Source: a virus (Duplodnaviria > Caudoviricetes). From it: DNA of 64,000 bases. Positions 49,637 to 57,633 of the stretch are shown here, piece after piece. The stretch lies in the IMG/VR virus record IMGVR_UViG_3300033074_000711, positions 32,001 to 96,000 of that record; one strand, given 5' to 3'. Within the stretch, counting starts at the first letter, position 1. The number at the start of each line of letters is the position of its first letter. The notes beneath the pieces are model-generated. The model was not told where the DNA came from. It saw only the letters and a list, made by a program, of their open reading frames with translations, and ran no database searches. The position numbers were made by a program, and so were the translations under genes.

Positions 49637-51112
49637 TTATAAAATATCATCACATATTTCTAAATCTTTAGCAAATTTTTTACCAAATTGTGTGTTGATG
49701 ATTTCATATGGATAAAAATATATTGATTCATTTATTTCAATTTTTTCTTCACCAAATGTTTCGTCACAACAATAATTAGCAAAAAAATTAAAGTTCGGTG
49801 TTGCAGTTAAATCATAAACTGGTTCATTATAATTTAATTTTTCGACTTTAATAATATTTACTATCCTATTATACCCTAATACATTAACAATTTCACCATT
49901 ATTTAAATTGTTGATTGTATTTTGTACAGAGATTTCTGAAAAATCTTCTTTATAAAACTTATGGGTAATATTAGTTAATTGAAAACAACCATTATTAAAA
50001 TAAATTTTATATATATTATCATCTTTATTTGTTATTCCACACCAATTTAATTCAGATTCAAATAACTCACCATATTTATCTTGTGTAATAATCTTAATAT
50101 TTTTATCACTATTATATATTTTTGATAGTTTTTGTATTTCTACAAATCCTTTATTAGTTAATACTTTTGTTGAACCAACAACGCAAGGATTTGTACCAAC
50201 TTCCTTATCATTAGAAAATAAAAATCCAGGTTCACCTGATTTAGATAATTCTATTTTTTTCCAAAGTTTGTTAAAATCTTCTTCTTTAATTCTATGTCTT
50301 AGTAAAACAACACTGTTATTAGCTCTTGCTCTCTGTGGATTTAACTCCCACCAATTACCGAATTTACACGATAACATATCTTCATCATCAAAACTAAATA
50401 ATGAAATTAATGCGGCTCTCCTTATTCCACCAGCTAATACAGCATCTGCTATATAACAAATTATATCATGTGCTTGTATTGATTTTAATTTTTCACCTTC
50501 ACCGACACTATCTAATATTTTTTGAATATTATGTAAACAATCTTTTAATGGTTGGGGGCCTGGTGCTTTACCACCACTTGTGATTAATTTAGCACCTTTT
50601 GGTCTAATATCACTAAAATCAAAATTTGGTAAATGACTTCCGTTAAAATATGCATTCATTAAAACTTTAACAGCATCAGCCCATCCTTCTATACTATCAC
50701 CTATCAAATATCTTTTTAATTTACCCGGTTTTTTTATAGATGGTAATTTTTTAATATGGTGTTTTTGAACGCTAACACCAACACCAGAACCACCTAATAA
50801 TAAAAACATTATTTCTTGAAATGATTCTACTGCATCTACTGGTAAAAAAGAACAATTGTAAATTCTATTTGGTGAAATTTCTATTGATTTACCAGCAAAT
50901 TGTAAACTTCGCATTGATGGTAAAACTTTTTTATCATAAACATATTTATATGCTTCTTCTATTTCATCTTTTAAATTTTGATGTTTTTTTAAATGCATTT
51001 CTTTATTTCTTGTAACTAATTCATACCAATTTTCTCTTCTTTTTTTATGTGGTATGTATTTAGCATATTTCATATGTACTATAATATCTGATAAAATTTT
51101 ATTAGCTATCAT
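49637..51112 (-). CDS. nrdJ: Class II ribonucleotide reductase N-terminal fragment plus a 182-aa split-intein N-fragment
   Basis: KYA, LPSMRSLQF, YNC, DSIEGWAD, GGIRRAALI, SGEPG, GTNP|CVVGSTKVLT. Confidence 0.92.
   Translation of the reverse strand: MIANKILSDIIVHMKYAKYIPHKKRRENWYELVTRNKEMHLKKHQNLKDEIEEAYKYVYDKKVLPSMRSLQFAGKSIEISPNRIYNCSFLPVDAVESFQEIMFLLLGGSGVGVSVQKHHIKKLPSIKKPGKLKRYLIGDSIEGWADAVKVLMNAYFNGSHLPNFDFSDIRPKGAKLITSGGKAPGPQPLKDCLHNIQKILDSVGEGEKLKSIQAHDIICYIADAVLAGGIRRAALISLFSFDDEDMLSCKFGNWWELNPQRARANNSVVLLRHRIKEEDFNKLWKKIELSKSGEPGFLFSNDKEVGTNPCVVGSTKVLTNKGFVEIQKLSKIYNSDKNIKIITQDKYGELFESELNWCGITNKDDNIYKIYFNNGCFQLTNITHKFYKEDFSEISVQNTINNLNNGEIVNVLGYNRIVNIIKVEKLNYNEPVYDLTATPNFNFFANYCCDETFGEEKIEINESIYFYPYEIINTQFGKKFAKDLEICDDIL
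49640..50185 (-). mobile_element. NrdJ split intein N-fragment with blocks A, B, F and an extra Hint-like tail
   Basis: CVVGSTKVLT, TNITHKF, VYDLTATPNFNFFAN, then tail ...NTQFGKKFAKDLEICDDIL*. Confidence 0.82.
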
Positions 51113-51124
51113 AAATTTCCTTTT

Positions 51125-51313
51125 TTAAAAAAATTTTAAAATTTCATTCTTTGAAAATCCTGCTTTTAATAACATTTTAACAATATCATCTTTTTTATAA
51201 TTATTTTTTAATAAAATTTTAACAGCTTCTTTGTGATTCATACCGCCTAAAGCTTCAGCTCCGAATTCACTTAATTTTAATGTTTCTAATGCTACTTTAA
51301 CTTGATTATTCAT
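51125..51313 (-). CDS. Hypothetical protein
   Basis: 62 aa in the operon. Confidence 0.55.
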   Translation of the reverse strand: MNNQVKVALETLKLSEFGAEALGGMNHKEAVKILLKNNYKKDDIVKMLLKAGFSKNEILKFF

Positions 51314-51328
51314 TTTATTACTCTTTTT

Positions 51329-51970
51329 TTATTTTTTATCCATATAAAAACTTCTTAATAATAATAACACAGCCCAGCAATCATAACTTGCATCATGTAA
51401 TTTACTTTCATCAAACTTAATATCAGCACGTCTAAGACATTCTTTTAAATCTGGAATACATTCATCATTAACAATATCTGTATATAATATAGCTGGATCT
51501 AAAATCCTATGTCTATAGCATAAATTATAATCATTATAAAATAAATTAAAATTATTTTGTATGATAGGAATATCAAAATTTGATATATTTTTTCCAGCTA
51601 AATTTAATAATACTTTTGGAAAAATATATTTTATTTTTTCTTCACCGTCAACTGTAAATTTATATTTTTCTATTTTTTCAAATGGAATTTCTAAACATTT
51701 ATAAACAAATTCTATAACATATTTGATAACATCTTTAGGTTTTACTAAAATATCTGGATTATTTTCTATAAACGTTAATAATTTACTATTAAATTTTAAT
51801 GTTTGTGGTGAACCTATCAGTGGTATATTTTCTATATATAGATTTAATTTTGGTAAATCTTCTAATGGTAATTGCTTATCAGTATCTTCAAATATCATTG
51901 TAAATTGTAAAACTTGTGCATCTTTTACTGATGTATCTGTAGTTTCGGTATCAATTATAAAATATTTCAT
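51329..51970 (-). CDS. DEDDh 3'-5' exonuclease
   Basis: IDTETT, GKN..NFD, LD, HDASYD. Confidence 0.85.
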   Translation of the reverse strand: MKYFIIDTETTDTSVKDAQVLQFTMIFEDTDKQLPLEDLPKLNLYIENIPLIGSPQTLKFNSKLLTFIENNPDILVKPKDVIKYVIEFVYKCLEIPFEKIEKYKFTVDGEEKIKYIFPKVLLNLAGKNISNFDIPIIQNNFNLFYNDYNLCYRHRILDPAILYTDIVNDECIPDLKECLRRADIKFDESKLHDASYDCWAVLLLLRSFYMDKK

Positions 51971-51980
51971 AAAAAACCTA

Positions 51981-52547
51981 TTATTTAGTTATTTGTTCGT
52001 TTATTCTTATTAACCATAAATCACTAGTGACTATTTTCATTTTATTATAGTATTTATCATTTTTAGCACCATAATAATATTTAATTAAATCATCTATAAT
52101 GAATTTATCATTTTGTTTTTCATTAATAATATTAATAAAATATCTTAAAATAAATGCTGTAGCATGGATATTGTTATCAATTTTTCTTAATTCATTTTTT
52201 GATTTAGCTATATTATTTTCAATTAATTTATTTTTCCAACATGACCATACTACACCACCTAAGCCTACAGCATAATCATTATTATGTTTAATCCAAAATT
52301 TATATTCAGTTTCTATTCTAAATATAGAATGCAATAATCCTATAGGTAAATTATATTTAATAGAATATATTTGCATATTAAATATTATTTTTTCTATATC
52401 TTTATTTTTTAAATAATTATATGTTTTTAAATCTTCTTTTATAAGTTCTGATTGAAAATTATCTAATTTTAAATAACAAGTTTTATTTTGATTAGCTGTA
52501 TTATATTGTAAATGTGTTATAAAAAACAATATTAGAAAATATCTCAT
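51981..52547 (-). CDS. Lytic transglycosylase (SLT-like) with N-terminal hydrophobic segment
   Basis: IFRIETEY (catalytic Glu), AVGLGGV, NNI...AFIL, YYG. Confidence 0.65.
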   Translation of the reverse strand: MRYFLILFFITHLQYNTANQNKTCYLKLDNFQSELIKEDLKTYNYLKNKDIEKIIFNMQIYSIKYNLPIGLLHSIFRIETEYKFWIKHNNDYAVGLGGVVWSCWKNKLIENNIAKSKNELRKIDNNIHATAFILRYFINIINEKQNDKFIIDDLIKYYYGAKNDKYYNKMKIVTSDLWLIRINEQITK

Positions 52548-52580
52548 GTAACTTTATCCTTGTGTTAATGTATATTAAAA

Positions 52581-52620
52581 ATAAATATAAAAAAATTTTA
52601 AATATTTTATACTTTTTTTT
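52581..52620 (-). promoter_or_regulatory. Late promoter region, identical to 21324-21363
   Basis: 40-bp exact duplicate. Confidence 0.65.
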
Positions 52621-52627
52621 TATTTTT

Positions 52628-53290
52628 TTAATCTAAATCATACGAAAAAATTTCTAATAAGTCAAGATATGTTATCATTAATTTTTGATATATTTTTATC
52701 TGTGTTCCAACACCTAATCTTCTAGACCTTATTTTAAATAAATCTTTTCTCATTTGAAATGTATTAATGTTTTTAGCTGATATCTCTGAAAATAAATTCA
52801 TATTATAATCTTCAAATTTACTAATCATTGATAAAATTTGTTCTATTTTTTGAATTTTATTAACTATAGATTGTTGATTCATACTTGAATTTTTAAGAAC
52901 CATATATTCATATTTAGATTCTAAAAATATAGTTTCATTAAAAATTTTAACATAATTTAATAAAAAACCTAAAATATTAGGGTTTAATAAATTATTAGAT
53001 TTTAAACTTGAAACATTTACTCCATTTACATAAAATCCACTTTCATTAACACCTAATGTTAATACATGTGTTCCATAATCTTCAATATTTATTAATAAAT
53101 TTAATAAATTGTTCATATTAGTATGTTTAGATTCTAATATCTTTATATCATTTGATATGAAATTTATAAAATTATTAAAAAATTTAAAAAATAATTCATT
53201 ATAAAATTTTTTTAATTTTATATCATCAGAAGAAGTATTTTCTAATTTTTCTTTAAGTTTTTTTAATACAGCTAAAAGTTTAGCTTTCAT
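52628..53290 (-). CDS. Hypothetical protein
   Basis: 220 aa, AGGTG SD. Confidence 0.55.
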   Translation of the reverse strand: MKAKLLAVLKKLKEKLENTSSDDIKLKKFYNELFFKFFNNFINFISNDIKILESKHTNMNNLLNLLINIEDYGTHVLTLGVNESGFYVNGVNVSSLKSNNLLNPNILGFLLNYVKIFNETIFLESKYEYMVLKNSSMNQQSIVNKIQKIEQILSMISKFEDYNMNLFSEISAKNINTFQMRKDLFKIRSRRLGVGTQIKIYQKLMITYLDLLEIFSYDLD

Positions 53291-53453
53291 ATGTCACCTA
53301 TTTTCTTTTTTTTTTGTTAAAATGATGTTATCATTTTATAATTATATAATTTATTTATTTATATTTATATATTTTATACTTAGATATAATTTATATTTAT
53401 ATAATTTAATAATTATATAGTATTATAATTTTGATATAAGTACTATATAATTA

Positions 53454-53500
53454 TAATATTGTAATATTGTAATATTGTAATATTGTAATATTGTAATATT
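53454..53500. repeat. Tandem octamer repeat (TAATATTG)x5 plus a partial copy, in the divergent intergenic region
   Basis: Read directly from the sequence. Confidence 0.92.
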
Positions 53501-53519
53501 CTCATTAGGGTAACTATTA

Positions 53520-53617
53520 TATAAATATAAGAAAGTTTTATTAAATTTTATACTTTTTTTCAAAAATTTTAATTTTTTTTATATTTATATAAAAATTTTA
53601 ACTTTTTTATATTTATA
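53520..53617. promoter_or_regulatory. Divergent late promoters
   Basis: TATATTTATA on minus at 53520-53529 and on plus at 53580-53589 and 53608-53617. Confidence 0.6.
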
Positions 53618-53641
53618 ACTATAAAAAACGGAATACATTTC

Positions 53642-56110
53642 ATGGCAATACTACAATTTAGAAGAGGAAATACACCATCATCACCGTCAGAATTAGGCTC
53701 AGGTGAACTTTATTTAGACTTAACTCAAGATAAATTTTTATATAAAAATGTAGGTGGTGATAAATTATATTCAATTTCAAGGTCAAATGTTGTTAATAAT
53801 TTAACACAATTAAATAATATAAGTTCATTATTATTAGAAACTGGTGATATAGGTGTAACAACCGATGACCAAAGAGTTTATATGAGAAGTGGTTCTAATT
53901 GGTATCCATTAATGTATGAAAGATTATTAAATTCTGAAGATATTTCTAATAATGCTATAACTGGTGATAAAATATTAACAGGTTCAATAAGTTATGAAAA
54001 TTTAAATGATGATTTAAAATTTACAGTTGATAATATTAATAATAATTTAAAATATGGTTTAGATTTTGATGGTAATACAGAATATTTAACTAGACCTATT
54101 CAAATAATATCAAAAACCGATTGGAGAACATTATCAAATTTTAACAGTATTTTAAATGTTACTGGTAGTAACTCTAATATATCAAATGACTTATCTAGAC
54201 CATATGTAGTACCACTTAGTTCATCATTATTTAACTCTAATGGTTATATTGGAGTTACTGGTAGTGCTGGATTAATAGTTGGCAAAAGATATATGGGTAG
54301 AATAACTTATTATAACGATAATGCTACAGATTTTAGAATAGGGTCAACAAATAGTAGTAGTGCATATAAATTATTAGATAAAAAAAGTAAAAATTGGCAA
54401 GAATCAGAATTTAATTTTATAGCTACTAGTACAGATATTTATGTTAAATTAAATGGAACTGGCACAGGATATGTTCAAGAATTAAGAATAAAAGAAGATA
54501 CTGGGTTAGATTTAAATGATTCTGAAATGATTGATAATAGAATATCAAGAAAGTTTACAACATCTGGTGTGTTCAACTATCAATCAGATTTTAGTAGTGG
54601 ATTAAGTAACTTCACTGCTGTTAGAAGTGTAGCTACTGGTAACAACGATGGTGTTAGTGATGGTTCAATCTCATACGATAATGTATTAAAATATTATGCA
54701 AACAATGAAACAGACACTCATTATATTAATTTACCAAATGCTAACACTAATTTAAGATTAAATAAATCTTATAGGATTAAATTTTGGTATTTAATACCAT
54801 CAACTAATACTAATGTGAAACGTTTAATTTCGACAAATGGCATTTCAACTATATTTGGTTCTAGTGATGGTACCGTATTAGATATGTGGACTGAATACTC
54901 AGCAGATGTTGTGGTTACTATAGATTTAACAAATATAAGATTATATTTGGGCACGTCATTTTCATTAACTTTTACAGGTTCTAATTCACCAACTGACGAT
55001 TTAGTATATATATATGATTATAGAATTGAAGAAATACCACAAGAACAAAGTAACGGTAATCACGCTTTTTCTATTGACTCAATAACAGCATTTAATGCTA
55101 GTGGTGTGACTAATAAAAGTAAATGTGGTAAGATTATTTCAAGTGGTACCGGTGACAGTGATTCAAATAATATTAGTTTACCTGCAACAAGTTTTAATGT
55201 TTTGGGCTCAACTGATAGTAGAACAAAAGTATTAAGTGGTTTCAAATATTTAATTACTTTCCTTGCTAAAGCCGCAACTAACAACACAACAATAAATGTG
55301 AATATTGGTAGTAAAACGGGAACAGCATTAACGCTTGCTGACAATACAAAATGGTATTTATATACTTATCAATTTTTAGCAACAAGTTCGGAAGTTGATG
55401 CACAACTAAAAATATTCTTAAATCAAGCTGATACTGTTTATATTGACGAATTAAGTATATCAAAAGCATACGATATGCTAATTAATATCTGGGATAGGAA
55501 TGTAATGGGTTTATCAAATTTAAATATAATTTGTTTTGGGGCTCTGGGTTCTTTAAATTCAAATGGGTATAGAATATATAGACCTATGCCAAACGATTTA
55601 TTATATTTTAGAATACAAGGGTATGAATATACAACAGCGAATCCAACTTATTCAAATTCTTTAATAATATCGAATAATAAATCTATTATATTACAATTTT
55701 TATTACGCACAGGTAACATAAAAAGATATGAAAATGACACATCATTAAGTGATTATACTACTATATTTTCATATATAAATAATTATTCATCTAATTTATT
55801 TTTTGGTGCTTTATCAACTTTATCTGAAAAATATCTTGGTCTAATCGGTCAAATACAATTTGTAAGATTTAATAATGCTGATTCTTTTAATCCTCTTGAT
55901 ATTGATGGAGCAGGAACTTCAATTTATGAATATTCTCAAACACATAAAGGTTACCCTAACTCTTATACAGGCGGTGAAATAGTATTTTGGTTTGATTGGG
56001 TCGGTGATACAGATACAGAAATGCTCACTGATTTAAGTGGTAGAGGAAATAATTTGACAGGCGTAAATGTAACATTATTAGATGATAGACGAAGATATAT
56101 TTTAGAATAA
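53642..56110 (+). CDS. Tail fibre / virion adhesin with carbohydrate-binding and LamG-like domains
   Basis: MAILQFRRG...GELYLD anchor; LDFDG..EYL; VYIDELSI; C-terminal DLSGRGNN. Confidence 0.65.
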   Translation: MAILQFRRGNTPSSPSELGSGELYLDLTQDKFLYKNVGGDKLYSISRSNVVNNLTQLNNISSLLLETGDIGVTTDDQRVYMRSGSNWYPLMYERLLNSEDISNNAITGDKILTGSISYENLNDDLKFTVDNINNNLKYGLDFDGNTEYLTRPIQIISKTDWRTLSNFNSILNVTGSNSNISNDLSRPYVVPLSSSLFNSNGYIGVTGSAGLIVGKRYMGRITYYNDNATDFRIGSTNSSSAYKLLDKKSKNWQESEFNFIATSTDIYVKLNGTGTGYVQELRIKEDTGLDLNDSEMIDNRISRKFTTSGVFNYQSDFSSGLSNFTAVRSVATGNNDGVSDGSISYDNVLKYYANNETDTHYINLPNANTNLRLNKSYRIKFWYLIPSTNTNVKRLISTNGISTIFGSSDGTVLDMWTEYSADVVVTIDLTNIRLYLGTSFSLTFTGSNSPTDDLVYIYDYRIEEIPQEQSNGNHAFSIDSITAFNASGVTNKSKCGKIISSGTGDSDSNNISLPATSFNVLGSTDSRTKVLSGFKYLITFLAKAATNNTTINVNIGSKTGTALTLADNTKWYLYTYQFLATSSEVDAQLKIFLNQADTVYIDELSISKAYDMLINIWDRNVMGLSNLNIICFGALGSLNSNGYRIYRPMPNDLLYFRIQGYEYTTANPTYSNSLIISNNKSIILQFLLRTGNIKRYENDTSLSDYTTIFSYINNYSSNLFFGALSTLSEKYLGLIGQIQFVRFNNADSFNPLDIDGAGTSIYEYSQTHKGYPNSYTGGEIVFWFDWVGDTDTEMLTDLSGRGNNLTGVNVTLLDDRRRYILE

Positions 56111-56139
56111 ATTTTTAAAAATAAAAAATAAGAAAAATT

Positions 56140-57633
56140 ATGTCAATATTAAGAATAAAACGTGGTACATCATATACAACATCATCTCTATTATATGGTG
56201 AATTATATTTAGATGAAAATAAAGATAAAATAACATACTTAAATAATAGTGGTTCTGGGTTTAACACTATACAAATATTAGAATCACAAATTATAAATAC
56301 TACTTATTCTCAATTATCAAGTAGCTTATCAAATGGATTATTAATTCCGGGTCAAAAATATAAAATTACTGATTATCAGACAACTTATAATATGCCAGAA
56401 GTTACACCAACTTTATTAGCAAGTGGTTCTATCGAGCCATTAATAGTAACAGCAATGACTAGTTCTAGTTTAGAATCGATTGCATTTAGTGAGCAATACC
56501 CGCAAGATTTAATTTATTATGATATAATAAATAATCAAACAATAATACCAGGATGTAATAAAGGATATATATATAGAAGAATAGATACAAAACAAAATAA
56601 TGATATATGTTTTGATTTTAGACAAGTTAAATTTAGAAGATGGAAAATAAATATAACTGAAGAACATGCAGATGGTAATGCAGCTTATACAAAAAGAACA
56701 GTTATAAAAAAAACAAATTCAAATGATATTTATGTAAAATTAACAAATGCTACTGGTAGTTTTGATTCATATATATACCCGAATATTGAAAATCCGTCTA
56801 CTAATAGTTCAACCTACTGGGATAAAATTTCTAAAAATTATATAACACACCCGAATCATTTAAATGGCGTATATTGTTCATGGTCATCATCAAATCTTTC
56901 AGTTGGTAATTTAACATTTTCAGTTGATTCTGCTGATTATATAGATATGTATATGTTTTCAAAATTTTCGGATTATAGTTTACATTACACACAAGATATA
57001 ATAAATAATACATTTAATACACCGTCTACAGATATAATAAAAAATTCTAATGTTGTTTTTATACACGATTATAGTAATATTAGTAACAATGTATTTTATT
57101 TTAGAAGTAAGAATTTTATTAATAATAATAATACTATAATAACACCAGTATCATATGGTGGCTCAAACGGTTTTGTATCAGATTTTTATAATAATATATG
57201 TAAAATAAAATCATGTTTAATTTTATATACTAACTATGATAATAAAATAATTTCATCAGCTTCTATAATATCAAATTGTTCATTTAATGATATAAATATA
57301 AATTATTCTACATTAAAAAATGTTTCATTATCTAATATTACAGGAAGTACATTAGCATATGTATTAAATGGATATTTAGTTAATGGAAAAGTTTATGGTA
57401 TTCATTTTTATTTAAATGCATTAAAAGATATAATTTTAACTTCCGATAGTTACATAAAATTAAATAATATAAATTTTAATAACATTAACACATCATCTAT
57501 TGCTGAACTGTATAATGAAGATTTATATAAATCTTTTTTAAAATTTGTAATTTTAACTAAATCTGGTACACTTAAATATTATTATCATGACGATACAACA
57601 TTTGCACCAGTATATAAGGATATTACTGAATGA
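56140..57633 (+). CDS. Tail fibre-like virion protein
   Basis: MSILRIKRG...GELYLD anchor shared with the previous gene; LIPGQKYKITDYQT; Asn-rich beta-helix-like C-part. Confidence 0.65.
   Translation: MSILRIKRGTSYTTSSLLYGELYLDENKDKITYLNNSGSGFNTIQILESQIINTTYSQLSSSLSNGLLIPGQKYKITDYQTTYNMPEVTPTLLASGSIEPLIVTAMTSSSLESIAFSEQYPQDLIYYDIINNQTIIPGCNKGYIYRRIDTKQNNDICFDFRQVKFRRWKINITEEHADGNAAYTKRTVIKKTNSNDIYVKLTNATGSFDSYIYPNIENPSTNSSTYWDKISKNYITHPNHLNGVYCSWSSSNLSVGNLTFSVDSADYIDMYMFSKFSDYSLHYTQDIINNTFNTPSTDIIKNSNVVFIHDYSNISNNVFYFRSKNFINNNNTIITPVSYGGSNGFVSDFYNNICKIKSCLILYTNYDNKIISSASIISNCSFNDININYSTLKNVSLSNITGSTLAYVLNGYLVNGKVYGIHFYLNALKDIILTSDSYIKLNNINFNNINTSSIAELYNEDLYKSFLKFVILTKSGTLKYYYHDDTTFAPVYKDITE

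Noticed and set aside
2858-51015. Plus-strand ORFs inside minus-strand genes (e.g. 8564, 10684, 20445, 40261, 44650)
   Set aside because: Antisense shadows of AT-rich coding genes, with no SD or recognisable motifs
53454-53500. Octamer repeat as a CRISPR array
   Set aside because: No spacers; simple tandem repeat
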